The position numbers were made by a program, and so were the translations under genes. Positions 27,017-37,856 of a stretch of 54,601 bases of DNA are shown here, one piece after another. The stretch's first letter is position 1. Each line of letters opens with the position of its first letter. Below the pieces are notes generated by a model that worked only from the letters and a program-made list of their open reading frames with translations, was not told where the DNA came from and did no database searches. This stretch comes from an uncultured Alphaproteobacteria bacterium (GTDB taxonomy: Bacteria; Pseudomonadota; Alphaproteobacteria; CAAHEQ01; UBA3637), in NCBI GenBank assembly GCA_949286245.1, contig CASECF010000076.1, forward strand, positions 1-54,601, written 5' to 3'.

Positions 27017-28730
27017 GTTCTTGAGTGACGAATTGATCTAAAGCAGCCACTTGCTCACGGCGGTTCTTATCTTTAAGATTTTTTGCCATACGAGTATAAA
27101 TGTGAAGAGCCGTCAACGGAACCCCTTTTGAAAAATCAACCGTTTCCGGATCACGACCGATAATTCTCGGCATAACCGTCATCAATCCCGAATAGGCATC
27201 CTTCCCGTGTGTTGTCATTTGCCGATGCAACAAATTAGACGCATTCAAATAAACCAAATTTAATTTTTCTGGATCCTTTTCAGAAGCAGCATTCACTTCT
27301 GCCGCCAAATTTGTAAACAACATCATCTGACCGAATGTTCGAATCATATCTTCAGCTTGAGATGGGACACGTTCCGTTTGATGATCTGCCGTCTGACGAT
27401 AAGTGGCTCGATCCGTCAGACCGTGCAAATTTCTCTGTAGATTATCCAATCGCAATCGAACATAATTATCTACTAAATCCAAATCACGTTTGTCAATGCG
27501 AGTCGCTCGATTTTCATCTCTGAAATCAACTCCAAATACAGCAAGTTTAAATCCTGTTCTATCTCCGCCGATTCGTTTCTGATTTTCTAAATCAAACCGA
27601 CTCTTTTCGGAAAAAGCCTTATAGAACCGTTGACAGGCAGACGATAAATCATCTCCTCTTTGCATGAGACTATAAATATTTTCTAAGATGGTCACATCTA
27701 AATTTTTAGATAAATTCAATCGATCATACTTTGATTTAAATTCAAAAATATCTTCCTCATTGATATGAGCATTTGAAACGGATAAAGGTTGTATAATTGG
27801 CAACGGCCGATCATAACTCTCCGGAATTTCTATCGAAGAAGTGTCATGACGAACCATACCGGATGTTGCATGATCTCTACCATCCGAAACCGGCGAAATA
27901 GCCTCACGCGTCAGATGTACTACCGGACGACTACCATCTTTCACTTCATCGGACCGAACACCCGCTTGGGTATTTGATTTTGCTTGAGCTCCTGCCGATC
28001 CCATTTGATGTTCTGCAAGATACTCTTTAACCGTACCTGACTTACTTTGTTGTTTATCTACCGAGGCTGTGGAAGTCGTTCTTCGATGCCCGGCATAGAC
28101 AAATTCTCCCTCGCTTTGAGGATCGGATACCGAGCTTCCCTGCTGAGTCTTCTGTTGAGTGACAGAAGTATGACGAGCCTCTTTTCCCAAAGAAGCTCCC
28201 CCTTGTTTCACTGCGGGGATGTCTGTTTTTTGCTCAGTTGTTTGTTTTTGAGTAGCCGATTGAACAAGGGACGGATCTTGAGTCGGCACCTGATTATCCG
28301 ATGATTGTTCCCGATCATTTCCCATTAACAACGGTAATGTGACAGAACCAAGAACCGCAGCCATTCCGATTGTCCACAAACAACCGCGAACTGCTTTTTT
28401 ATTTTGCTCTTCCATTTGCTTCAACGTGTCAAAACCGACATCGTCATCCGAATTAACAAAAGAACGACTCTTTTCGGAGGGGGCATCATCTCCTCGTTCA
28501 CTAAGATCTTTGGTATCTCCATCAATCGGATATCCTGTTTTCACTTCACCATCTTCGCGATTGGAAAAACGAGACATCAACGGGCCGTTATCATCCAAAT
28601 CAAAAACCGCCTCCATCCAAAACCAAGCTCGTTCACCCCATTTTTGACCCAATAAACGAGTACTTAAAGCATAAACAGCTTTCGATCTTCTTGTAATCGG
28701 ATTATATTTTCGTTCCATATTGCTCTCCAT
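26916..28730 (-). CDS. Hypothetical membrane protein: internal TM helix, Ser/Thr/Gln-rich linker, helical domain, C-terminal TM plus basic tail
   Basis: 604 aa; TM-like GCLWTIGMAAVLGSVTLPLLMG and LPLGYILGAVGIAYLGYKGIG-HARRKAGR. Confidence 0.85.
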   Translation of the reverse strand: MESNMERKYNPITRRSKAVYALSTRLLGQKWGERAWFWMEAVFDLDDNGPLMSRFSNREDGEVKTGYPIDGDTKDLSERGDDAPSEKSRSFVNSDDDVGFDTLKQMEEQNKKAVRGCLWTIGMAAVLGSVTLPLLMGNDREQSSDNQVPTQDPSLVQSATQKQTTEQKTDIPAVKQGGASLGKEARHTSVTQQKTQQGSSVSDPQSEGEFVYAGHRRTTSTASVDKQQSKSGTVKEYLAEHQMGSAGAQAKSNTQAGVRSDEVKDGSRPVVHLTREAISPVSDGRDHATSGMVRHDTSSIEIPESYDRPLPIIQPLSVSNAHINEEDIFEFKSKYDRLNLSKNLDVTILENIYSLMQRGDDLSSACQRFYKAFSEKSRFDLENQKRIGGDRTGFKLAVFGVDFRDENRATRIDKRDLDLVDNYVRLRLDNLQRNLHGLTDRATYRQTADHQTERVPSQAEDMIRTFGQMMLFTNLAAEVNAASEKDPEKLNLVYLNASNLLHRQMTTHGKDAYSGLMTVMPRIIGRDPETVDFSKGVPLTALHIYTRMAKNLKDKNRREQVAALDQFVTQERKKNLPLGYILGAVGIAYLGYKGIGHARRKAGR

Positions 28731-28754
28731 TTTCTGCTATCTTCGCTTAGGATA

Positions 28755-30551
28755 TCATTCTTTTATGTATTTGTCAATTTTTTTCCTTTTTGGGGTTAAA
28801 ATTGTTTTAATTCTCGTATCAAAAAAGCTTTTACGTCTCATAGGGTTAATATCAATTCCGATGTGAGTCGGATAACCATTTTCGACTTCTCTTACGACTA
28901 ATTCTATTTGCTCCAAAGACAATCGATCCCCCATTTCCATATCGGGGAATTCTTGAGCAATCAAATCACCGATTTTCTGTTCTCGAAACCGGATCGGAAT
29001 TTCCAAACCATACGTTTTTTGTAAATCGGAGAATGTTGCAAACGGAGAGATTGGGAAATCACCCCACACACCCAATTCATCTGTTTCTGTTTCCGAACCA
29101 TACAATTGATCCAAAAGAGGCAATCTTCTTTCGGAGGGAGCAAAGACATAAACTTTATCTCCGGCTTTTAATCGACGAATAGAGGCACTTTGATAAGCAA
29201 CCCCCCCTCGAATAATTAATGTTGGACGTGCCCATCCGGGGATTGTTTTTTGTTTCAAGATAGGGGTATTTTCAGTAATTTCGTAAAAAATTAAAGAACT
29301 TTGATCCAGTCCCGGCAAATCAATCTCTGTCCTTTCGGGACGTTTTTGAGTTTCGGGAAGAGCTACACCCAATATTTTGGAAACAGGTGTAATTAAGAAA
29401 CCCTGAAATGCGAGGCTATATAAAACCATAACAAAAATGATGTTAAAAAAGCTTTCTCCTTGAGGCAATTGGTAAACAATCGGAGCCAATGCTAACAAAA
29501 TGGATGTTGCCCCACGCAAGCCCACAAAAGAAATAAAACCTTTTTCACGGGACGTATAATTTTTAAACCATGAGAGCAACGCAAAAACCATTATCGGTCT
29601 CACAATAAAAATCAAAGCCGTTCCAATGACAAAAGCCTCTATCCAAATATCTTTCAGACGAGAGGGATCAACAAACATTCCCAGCGTAATAAACATTAAA
29701 ATCTGAGACAACCAAGTTGTTGTTTGTTGAAATTTTGAAATAGTACCATGAGCTCGAATTTTTTCATTTCCCAAAAGCAGTCCGGCCATATAAAGAGCCA
29801 AATACCCACTTCCACCCAACATATTCGTGAGAGCAAAGCCGATCAGTGCCATTCCTAAAATAAAGATAGGATATAGTGCTGTTTCCAAAGAAATCTTGTT
29901 GACACAAAGTCGCATGAGCAAGAATAAAAAATATCCGCATCCGGCTCCGATAAACAACTGCCCCAAAAAAGAGGGGACAAAAGAATACAAATTAAATGTT
30001 GAACCGGACATTGTTTGTTGAACAACGGCTATAAAGGCAACCGTTAAAAAGATCGCCATAGGATCATTAGCTCCGGATTCAATTTCAAGCGTTGATTGAA
30101 CACGCTCTCTCAAAAAAACACCACGGGAACGGAGTAAAAAGAAAACGGCCGCTGCATCCGTGGAGCTTACCATAGACGCCAAAAGAAGAGCAAAGATCCA
30201 ATCAACCCCCAAAATAGTTCGGATAATCGGCGCCAGCAAAAGAGCACTTATTAAAACACCCAAGGTTGCCAAAATAAGAGATGGACAGGAAACCTGTTTA
30301 TATCGATGCATAGATGTTCGAAATCCACTATCAAACAAAATCAAAGCCAAAGCAACGGATCCAATAAAAAAAGCAATTTTGGGATGCTGAAAAATCTCGA
30401 AAACCTCAATACGACCACTACCGGCTAAAATTCCGATACACAAAAAGGCTAAAATCAACGGAACCCCGACACGAATGGAAACAACACTGGTCAAGATACT
30501 GATACTTAAGACCATTCCAAACAGTAAAATCGGTACATTGATAAAATCCAT
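28755..30551 (-). CDS. cvrA: K+/H+ antiporter CvrA/NhaP2
   Basis: ALALILFDSG, SSTDAAAVF, LEIESGANDPMA, VGLRGATSILLA, C-terminal TrkA-C/CorC-like region. Confidence 0.92.
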   Translation of the reverse strand: MDFINVPILLFGMVLSISILTSVVSIRVGVPLILAFLCIGILAGSGRIEVFEIFQHPKIAFFIGSVALALILFDSGFRTSMHRYKQVSCPSLILATLGVLISALLLAPIIRTILGVDWIFALLLASMVSSTDAAAVFFLLRSRGVFLRERVQSTLEIESGANDPMAIFLTVAFIAVVQQTMSGSTFNLYSFVPSFLGQLFIGAGCGYFLFLLMRLCVNKISLETALYPIFILGMALIGFALTNMLGGSGYLALYMAGLLLGNEKIRAHGTISKFQQTTTWLSQILMFITLGMFVDPSRLKDIWIEAFVIGTALIFIVRPIMVFALLSWFKNYTSREKGFISFVGLRGATSILLALAPIVYQLPQGESFFNIIFVMVLYSLAFQGFLITPVSKILGVALPETQKRPERTEIDLPGLDQSSLIFYEITENTPILKQKTIPGWARPTLIIRGGVAYQSASIRRLKAGDKVYVFAPSERRLPLLDQLYGSETETDELGVWGDFPISPFATFSDLQKTYGLEIPIRFREQKIGDLIAQEFPDMEMGDRLSLEQIELVVREVENGYPTHIGIDINPMRRKSFFDTRIKTILTPKRKKIDKYIKE

Positions 30552-30553
30552 TT

Positions 30554-31621
30554 TTATTCCATACTAAACTGTGATCGTTTTTTTAAATCCGTCAATTTAT
30601 CGCTAACAATGGCCGTATCTCTTCCGGCTTTTGCCAAACGATCGTACATGCGATCTATTTCTTTATTGAGATATGCCGTTTCAACAGAAGCGATTAAGTG
30701 ATTTTTTTCCGTCTCATTATCTCCTTCCAAAATTTGTTCAAATGTTTCCAAAATAGAATGAACCGTTTCACTTGAATTTTTCATTTTTTTTCGAATAACA
30801 TAAGGGAGCAGATAGATCAGTTGTTGAACAATCTCAAGAGCATCTTTGGGTTTCATTTTTCGAGGGGTGTAATAAGACAACATATCAAATGCGATACCGG
30901 CTTCAAAGCTATTATCCACAACAATAAATGGCACGGGATCCGAGAATTTTTTTTGTTGAATCTCTTTTAAAAATTCCAACAGATGGTGGAAAAAGCCCTC
31001 AACATTAAACAAAACAAACGGTTTAAAGTTCAAAAAACCATCTTGCATGGCAACACAATCATAAACCAGCTCATCCAAAGTTCCGACTCCCCCCGGAGCA
31101 AAAATAACGAAATCGGCTCCCAAAAGCTGCTGTTTTCTTTCCTCTAAGGTGTGAGCTACAATAATCTCGGAAACCTCATCAATCAATTGATCACTTTGAT
31201 AAAGAGCCAAATATTCTTTGGTTGTCACACCGTGAATCGGTGTTTTTTGTTGTCGCCCCTGTTCCCCCCAACTTTTTAAAACTCCTTTGGCCACCGATCC
31301 CATAATGCCTTTTGAGGACAAACCAAAATCCAATCGAAAATTACGTCTGCCGATTTCCTGTCCTAACAAGAATGCCTCTTGCTCATAAATCGGATCATTT
31401 CCGGATCGAGACCCTCCTGCCACAAAAACTCTTGTCTCCCCCTTTTTGTTGTATGTTAAAAATTCTTGTGCCATATGGCTTTGAGGCGTTTTTTCAGCGT
31501 TGTTTTTGGGCGTTTTTTCGGACTGATCTCGTAACGATCGTCTGGACAGTGCAGACCCGCGATCAACGGAAATCATTTGTAAAATTCGAGACGTGTTTTT
31601 TAAGGATTTTTTTTGTGACAT
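30554..31621 (-). CDS. LOG family (nucleotide phosphoribohydrolase-like) protein with N- and C-terminal extensions
   Basis: GIMGSVAKG, EERK, FAPGGVGTLDEL (PGGxGTxxE), KPFVLFNVEGFF; start uncertain (31621-31636). Confidence 0.85.
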   Translation of the reverse strand: MSQKKSLKNTSRILQMISVDRGSALSRRSLRDQSEKTPKNNAEKTPQSHMAQEFLTYNKKGETRVFVAGGSRSGNDPIYEQEAFLLGQEIGRRNFRLDFGLSSKGIMGSVAKGVLKSWGEQGRQQKTPIHGVTTKEYLALYQSDQLIDEVSEIIVAHTLEERKQQLLGADFVIFAPGGVGTLDELVYDCVAMQDGFLNFKPFVLFNVEGFFHHLLEFLKEIQQKKFSDPVPFIVVDNSFEAGIAFDMLSYYTPRKMKPKDALEIVQQLIYLLPYVIRKKMKNSSETVHSILETFEQILEGDNETEKNHLIASVETAYLNKEIDRMYDRLAKAGRDTAIVSDKLTDLKKRSQFSME

Positions 31622-31748
31622 GGGAAACATCTCCAAAAGTTTTTTTTCACATTAGCATAAAAAAAAACAATGGTCTACAAAAAATAAAACTGGTTTTTTT
31701 TAAAAAAAAATGATATACAATCTCATAATTAAAAACAAGGAGATATTT

Positions 31749-32894
31749 ATGACAAAGAAACTTACAAAATCAATGAAAAGAAAGTTAAAGCTTATATCTG
31801 TTTTAATTGTGTTTTTTGTAATCGCCGGAAGTGGGTATTATTCCTACATGGTTTCGCATGAAAAAACAAAATCCCAAATGCCTCTTCAAGCCGTATCCGC
31901 CATGATTGTGACGGAAAAAGAGATTATGCCGGAGGCCAGTTTTGTCGCTCGCATTGAGTCAAAAGATAAAGTCGGTCTCAGAGCTCGTGTATCCGGTTTT
32001 TTGCAGGAGCGCCTTTTTAAAGAAGGTGATGTTGTTAAAAAGGATCAACCCCTTTTCTTGATTGAAAAAGTAAATTTTGAAGCCAACGTTCGAGAAGCAG
32101 AAGCCAACTATGCCAAGGCACAAGCGAACGCAAAAAATGCTCAATCTCAATATGAACGCACTCAAACTTTGTTTAAGACAAAAGATGTTTCGGAAGCACG
32201 TTTAGATGAGGCAAGAGCAGTAAATGAATCTGCCAAAGCCGATGTTGCTCAAACAAAAGCCCTGTTGGATCTGGCTCAAAAAGATTTGGAATATACGGTT
32301 ATTACGGCGCCCATGGATGGAAAAATCGGTGAATCTAAATATTCAGTCGGTGAATTAATCGGTCCGGACAGTGGTGTTCTTGCGACTTTAGTGACAATCG
32401 ATCCGATTGATGCCGTTTTTTCCGTTAGTGAAAACCAACTTCTTGTTTTACAAGATGAATTCAAACAAGCCGACAAGACAGAAGTTTATTTTATTACATC
32501 TAATGGGAAAACATATCCGGAAGCGGGACAAATTAATTTTGTGGATGTCACCTTGGATGAGAACATGAATACTCTTAAAATCAAAGCTTCTTTTCCTAAT
32601 CCGGACAACAAGCTTATTGCCGGACAATATGGTCGTGTTTTACTGAAAAGTCTAACTCCCGTTAAAGCTATTGTCATTCCGATGAAAGCAGTTCAACAAG
32701 ACATGACGGGTTCTTTTGTTTATGTTTTAACGGCGGATAATAAGGTGGAACGTCGCATGATTAAACGAGGAACGGAGTTAGCTGATTTTGAAATGACGGT
32801 AAGCGACGGACTAAAAGTCGGCGATAAAATTGTTACGGAAGGCTTCCAAAAAATAGCTCCTCAAATGACAGTCCAACCTGTTTTTGACAAGTAA
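31749..32894 (+). CDS. RND efflux periplasmic adaptor (AcrA/MexE-like)
   Basis: [38 protein letters not shown]; AAGGAG RBS before ATG 31749. Confidence 0.95.
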   Translation: MTKKLTKSMKRKLKLISVLIVFFVIAGSGYYSYMVSHEKTKSQMPLQAVSAMIVTEKEIMPEASFVARIESKDKVGLRARVSGFLQERLFKEGDVVKKDQPLFLIEKVNFEANVREAEANYAKAQANAKNAQSQYERTQTLFKTKDVSEARLDEARAVNESAKADVAQTKALLDLAQKDLEYTVITAPMDGKIGESKYSVGELIGPDSGVLATLVTIDPIDAVFSVSENQLLVLQDEFKQADKTEVYFITSNGKTYPEAGQINFVDVTLDENMNTLKIKASFPNPDNKLIAGQYGRVLLKSLTPVKAIVIPMKAVQQDMTGSFVYVLTADNKVERRMIKRGTELADFEMTVSDGLKVGDKIVTEGFQKIAPQMTVQPVFDK

Positions 32895-32917
32895 TTCAGT
32901 ACAAAAGGAGAAAATTT

Positions 32918-35900
32918 ATGATTTCAGATGTTTTTATTAAGCGTCCTCGATTAGCGACCGTGATTTCGGTCGTTATCGTTTTAGCAGGTCTTCTTTGTAT
33001 GAGTGCCATGCCGGTTGAACAATATCCAAATATTGTTCCTCCTTCTGTTTCCGTCACGGCGACCTATCCCGGTGCCAGTGCAGATGTGGTTGAATCATCG
33101 GTTGCACAACAGATCGAATCCGTTGTCAACGGTGTTGAAGATATGCTTTATATGAGTTCCAGCAGTAGTGATGACGGATCCTATAGTTTAACGATCACAT
33201 TCAACATCGGGACAGATCCGAATATTGCCACCGTCAATGTTCAAAACAGGTTAAAACAAGTTGAAAACACATTACCTTCCGAAGTGATCAAACAAGGAGT
33301 GATTGTTGAATCGAAAATGTCCTCCATGTTGCAGGTTTTTTCCGTCAGTTCATCCAATCCGGAATATGATGATACGTTTTTAACAAACTATGTTTTAATT
33401 AACATTAAAGATGAAATTGCAAGAACCAGAGGGGTTGGATCCATTCAGGTTTTCTCCAGTTTGGATTATAGTATGCGGGTTTGGTTAAACAGCGATAAAC
33501 TCAAGAGTCTTAAACTATCGACAACGGATGTTTTAAACGCCATTCAAAGTCAAAATGTTCAGGGTTCTTTGGGTCGAATCGGTGTGATGCCATCCACACC
33601 GGATCAACAGTTTCAGTTTTCTCTGACAACGGAAGGTCGTTTAACATCGGCCGAGGAATTCGGAAATATTGTTATTCGGGCGAATACGGACGGATCGTAT
33701 CTGTTTTTAAAAGACATTGCACGCATTGAACTAGGATCCAAGTCTCAAGAAATGAGAGCCACATACAACGGAGAACCGGCCGTTGGTTTTGCGATATTCC
33801 AAGCTCCCGGATCTAACGCCGTTGAAGTAGCAACTGCGGTCAATCAAAAAGTTGCCGAACTCCAAAAAAAGATGCCGGCCGACATCAAGATTAACACAGT
33901 CTTTAACAATGCTCAATTTGTGGAAGATTCCATTAGTGAAATTTTCCAAACAATTTTTGAAGCATTCATGTTAATTGTGTTGGTGACTTATTTATTCTTG
34001 GGTACATTTAGAGCAACGATTATTCCGACCTTAGCCATACCGGTATCTTTAATCGGTGCTTTTATCGGGATGAGTTTATTCGGTGTGACGGCCAATACTA
34101 TTTCTTTGTTAGCGTTAGTTTTGGCAATCGGTATTGTTGTGGATGATGCCATTGTTGTGGTAGAAGATGTTGAAACAGTCATGCACGAAAACCCGAACAT
34201 GCCGGCTCCGGAAGCCGTTTCTAAATCCATGGGACGCATTACGGCGCCGATCATCGCTATTACATTTGTGTTGTTGGCTGTTTTCGTTCCAATTGCATTT
34301 ACACCGGGGATTTCCGGATTATTATATCGACAATTTGCCATCGCCATTGCTTCTGCCATGTTGATCTCGGGGCTCAACTCGTTAACACTCAGTCCGGCAG
34401 TTGCCTCTATCATCATGAGGGCAAATGATAAGCCGTTTTGGTGGGTTCAAAAGTTTATGAACGGCGTAGAAAAAACACGTCAATTCTATTCCGGAACGGT
34501 CAAAAAACTTGTTCCATACTCAAAATACGTGGCTGCCTGCCTTATTCTGTTTGCAGTGGGGTCCTACTATCTGTTTAAAATAACACCGAGTGGATTTTTA
34601 CCGGCAGAAGATCAAGGCGCATTTATGATGGAAATTCAGCTCCCCTCCGGTGCCTCTTGGAACAGAACAAAAGCAGTGATGGACACGGTTGCGGAGCGGC
34701 TCAAAAAGGTTCCGGAAATTGATACCTATTTGTCCATTACCGGATACGGTATCATGAGTGGTGTCCAAGCGTCCAACAGCGGTTTCTTTGTTATTCACCT
34801 GACACCGTATGAAGAACGACAAGGAGAAGGTCAAGATATTAACAGTATTATTTCAAAAGTTTACCTTTTGACAATGGATATCAAAGAAGCACGTATCTTT
34901 CCATTTAATATGCCGGCCATTTCCGGTATCAGTATGACATCTGACTTTGAGTACATTTTACAAAGTACACAAGGCGCCTCCCCGGAAGAGATCATGGCAG
35001 TTGCCAATACGTTAATTGAGAGGGCCAACAAAGATCCTCGTCTCCAACGGGTTATGACATTCTACACGATTGACTCTCCTCGTGTCAAACTAACGATTGA
35101 TCGTCAAAAAGCCTATGCTTTGGGTATTCAATTGTCCGATATTTTCTCCACCATGCAAACAATGTTAGGCGGAACATATATTAACGACTTCAACCTTTAT
35201 GGTCGAACATGGCAAGTGAATGTTCAAGGAGATATTTCAGATCGTAAGACATTGGATGACATCTATAAAATCAATATCCGAAATAACAAAGGTGAAATGG
35301 TTCCGTTACGATCTTTAGTCTCAGTAGAACACACGATTGGGGCTCAAACAATTCAACGATACAACAACTACCGTTCTATTAAGATTACGGGGGCTCCTGC
35401 TGAAGGACTTGGTTCGGGAACAGCCATGCAAGCAATGGAAGAAATATCCAAAGAAGTCTTACCGCAAGGGTATCAATTCCAGTGGACGGGTATGGCTCTT
35501 CAAGAACAAGACGCCGGCTCACAAATTATCTTAATTTTCGGCATGGCTTTCTTGTTTGCTTATCTATTCCTTGTTGCTTTGTATGAGAGTTGGATCATTC
35601 CGGTTCCGGTGATGATATCGATCATTATCGGGTTATTCGGAGCGATCGGATTTTTGGCACTTCGATCCGTCACGGATGATTTGTATGCACAAGCGGGAAT
35701 TATCGTGTTGATTGCCCTCGCTGCCAAGAACGCCATTTTGTTGGTTGAGTTTGCTAAAGATCAATATGCAACAGGCATCTCTGCCGAAGAAGCGGCTGTC
35801 AATGGAGCACACATGCGTTTCCGTGCGATTATGATGACCGCAATTGCCGCCCTTCTGGGCTTCTTGCCTTTGATGATTGCAACCGGTGCCGGTGCCTTGG

Positions 35901-36031
35901 CAAGACAAGCGATCGGTACGTCCATCTTTGGTGGCTTGGCTATGTCTTCATTTATTGGTATTTTCTTTATTCCGGCTCTTTATATTGTCTTCCAAAAAAT
36001 GCTCGAATATTTTTGGGGTCGAAATAAGTAA
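32918..36031 (+). CDS. RND efflux permease, HAE1 (AcrB/MexF-like)
   Basis: [49 protein letters not shown]; 1037 aa. Confidence 0.97.
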   Translation: MISDVFIKRPRLATVISVVIVLAGLLCMSAMPVEQYPNIVPPSVSVTATYPGASADVVESSVAQQIESVVNGVEDMLYMSSSSSDDGSYSLTITFNIGTDPNIATVNVQNRLKQVENTLPSEVIKQGVIVESKMSSMLQVFSVSSSNPEYDDTFLTNYVLINIKDEIARTRGVGSIQVFSSLDYSMRVWLNSDKLKSLKLSTTDVLNAIQSQNVQGSLGRIGVMPSTPDQQFQFSLTTEGRLTSAEEFGNIVIRANTDGSYLFLKDIARIELGSKSQEMRATYNGEPAVGFAIFQAPGSNAVEVATAVNQKVAELQKKMPADIKINTVFNNAQFVEDSISEIFQTIFEAFMLIVLVTYLFLGTFRATIIPTLAIPVSLIGAFIGMSLFGVTANTISLLALVLAIGIVVDDAIVVVEDVETVMHENPNMPAPEAVSKSMGRITAPIIAITFVLLAVFVPIAFTPGISGLLYRQFAIAIASAMLISGLNSLTLSPAVASIIMRANDKPFWWVQKFMNGVEKTRQFYSGTVKKLVPYSKYVAACLILFAVGSYYLFKITPSGFLPAEDQGAFMMEIQLPSGASWNRTKAVMDTVAERLKKVPEIDTYLSITGYGIMSGVQASNSGFFVIHLTPYEERQGEGQDINSIISKVYLLTMDIKEARIFPFNMPAISGISMTSDFEYILQSTQGASPEEIMAVANTLIERANKDPRLQRVMTFYTIDSPRVKLTIDRQKAYALGIQLSDIFSTMQTMLGGTYINDFNLYGRTWQVNVQGDISDRKTLDDIYKINIRNNKGEMVPLRSLVSVEHTIGAQTIQRYNNYRSIKITGAPAEGLGSGTAMQAMEEISKEVLPQGYQFQWTGMALQEQDAGSQIILIFGMAFLFAYLFLVALYESWIIPVPVMISIIIGLFGAIGFLALRSVTDDLYAQAGIIVLIALAAKNAILLVEFAKDQYATGISAEEAAVNGAHMRFRAIMMTAIAALLGFLPLMIATGAGALARQAIGTSIFGGLAMSSFIGIFFIPALYIVFQKMLEYFWGRNK

Positions 36032-36052
36032 TGGTTGATGAGGCCTAAAATG

Positions 36053-36084
36053 ACAAACACCACCAAGATTTTGGTGGTGTTTGT
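36053..36084 (+). terminator. Terminator hairpin after the RND operon
   Basis: acaaacaccaccaa-gatt-ttggtggtgtttgt, 14 bp arms. Confidence 0.8.
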
Positions 36085-36380
36085 GTATCAAACACACTTT
36101 GCACGACAACAAAACAAATGACCTTTACTGTTTCTTTTTAAATCAATGCCGAAACAGGGGCTTCCCCTTTGCGAACGCGTGTTGACAGATCTCTTGTCTC
36201 AATCTACATAAACGCTCTTTTGATAAAGAGCCTCTTCAAAATCCGATCATACTTTTAAATCAGAACATTTAAATTAAAGAAATCAATATCTGATTATTTT
36301 ATCTCTCTGTCGCAAGAAAAGGATCCTTTTTTTTATACACGAAAGGATACTGAAAAATCAAGTCTTTTTTAATAAAAAAT

Positions 36381-36414
36381 CTGTTTCAAAAAAAGGATCG
36401 TTTTTTTGAAACAG
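36381..36414. promoter_or_regulatory. Perfect 14-6-14 inverted repeat immediately upstream of the pilin RBS
   Basis: ctgtttcaaaaaaa-ggatcg-tttttttgaaacag; related aaaaggatcctttt at 36317 and aaaggat at 36342. Confidence 0.6.
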
Positions 36415-36430
36415 TTGGAGGGAGTAAACG

Positions 36431-37801
36431 ATGTTCAAAGAGTTGTTTTTAAAGGCCAAAGTGAAAGATCAACAAAACAGCGGTTCAGCCGAATCGGGCA
36501 GAACCATGACAGAGATGCTCGGTGTCTTGGTCATTATGGGGATTTTATCTTTAGGGGGAATCGCCGGATATCGATACGGTATGAACAAACACAAAGCTAA
36601 TGAAACAATTGCAGAACTCAGTTTATATGCCGTAGACATCTCAACCCAAATGATCAACAATGAAGGCGCTGATGTTCAATTAAGCAATCTTCCGCTCAAA
36701 ACCCACATGGGATATCCCCTCAGTGCCTATTTAGGGGATATGGACGGGTATTTTGAGTTGGAAGTAAGCGATATTCCTGTCGGTGTTTGCGAACAAATTT
36801 TAAGATCGGGTTGGCAAGTACCGACAGCTATTCTGGTAAACGGTTCATTCGTAAACGAAACGGAAGACATTATTGACGGAACGGTCTCTGTTGATGAAGC
36901 GTGCAATCAAGCAGAAAACTCACTGGCATTTGAGTTTTATAAAACACTCACTCCTTGTGAGGGAGATGAGTGTGGGTCTATGGGTGGATCCTCCGGTTCG
37001 GAAGAGCCGGAGCACAGTTGCCCAGATGGTCAATATTGGAATATTTATAAAGAAGCTTGCACATATGACTCTTGCGAAGAAAATATGTTTGTGATTGACC
37101 AAAGTGGACGTTGTGCCCCTTGCCCGACAGCAGATAACCCTGTTTCAGAAGCTTTTAATTCAGATGTACCCGATTCTTGTTCTAAATGCCCAAACGCTTC
37201 GTTAGGGAACCTTTTAGATCCCTATGATCAATTGCGTTGTTTATATTGCCCCGCCCCCAGAGTAAGCTGTGGAAATCTGTGCTGTCAAAAAGGAGAAGTT
37301 TGTAAAACAACGATTTCTGATTTTATAGGAGATTTTACATACGAATGCTCACCCGATGAGGGATGTCATTCAGATAAAGATTGCCAAAATTCACCCGATG
37401 GAAAAATCTGTGACACCAAGTCCGGTCAATGTATTGAGTGCCGTTCCTATGCTGATTGTGGAAAAGATGAATATTGTGCCGGTATTACCGGATATGACGG
37501 AAAATATTTCAACGACACATCTTGTACCCTTATTCCCACCCCCGACAAAACATTCTTAGTTAATGGAGAGGAATGGCTTTACTTTAATGACGCCTCCTAT
37601 TGGTTTGAAGCCAATGACCTATGCCATGCGCTTGGGAAATCACTCCCCTCTCTTAATGACATTACACAGGATTCTCTTAGATATACTCCTTTTTGGACAA
37701 ATGAACGAAAAGGCTTGGGAGTAGCAATAGTCGTATATGGTGAAGAAGATGAATACGAAGCCAATATAACTATCAATAGATCACCTATTCTCTGCCATTG
37801 A
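36431..37801 (+). CDS. Type IV pilin-like protein (non-canonical G|RTMTE cleavage motif) with Cys-rich region and C-type-lectin-like C-terminus
   Basis: SG-RTMTEMLGVLVIMGILSLGGIAGY (Gly -1, Glu +5, hydrophobic helix); 28 Cys; WFEANDLCHALGKSLPS...FWT...ILCH. Confidence 0.8.
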   Translation: MFKELFLKAKVKDQQNSGSAESGRTMTEMLGVLVIMGILSLGGIAGYRYGMNKHKANETIAELSLYAVDISTQMINNEGADVQLSNLPLKTHMGYPLSAYLGDMDGYFELEVSDIPVGVCEQILRSGWQVPTAILVNGSFVNETEDIIDGTVSVDEACNQAENSLAFEFYKTLTPCEGDECGSMGGSSGSEEPEHSCPDGQYWNIYKEACTYDSCEENMFVIDQSGRCAPCPTADNPVSEAFNSDVPDSCSKCPNASLGNLLDPYDQLRCLYCPAPRVSCGNLCCQKGEVCKTTISDFIGDFTYECSPDEGCHSDKDCQNSPDGKICDTKSGQCIECRSYADCGKDEYCAGITGYDGKYFNDTSCTLIPTPDKTFLVNGEEWLYFNDASYWFEANDLCHALGKSLPSLNDITQDSLRYTPFWTNERKGLGVAIVVYGEEDEYEANITINRSPILCH

Positions 37802-37856
37802 TCTTCCGACAACCCCGTTCAAAAAAGGGAACAAAAACGTTGCACCCCTGTATTGA

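Noticed and set aside
31655-31712. Poly-A/poly-T tracts as phase-variation switches (also at 4986, 19620-19650 and 24560)
   Set aside because: Runs of 8-9 A/T are frequent in every intergenic region of this AT-rich genome, so there is no specific evidence.
31749-36031. RND operon lacking an outer-membrane channel and regulator as a novelty
   Set aside because: AcrAB-type pairs commonly use a TolC encoded elsewhere.
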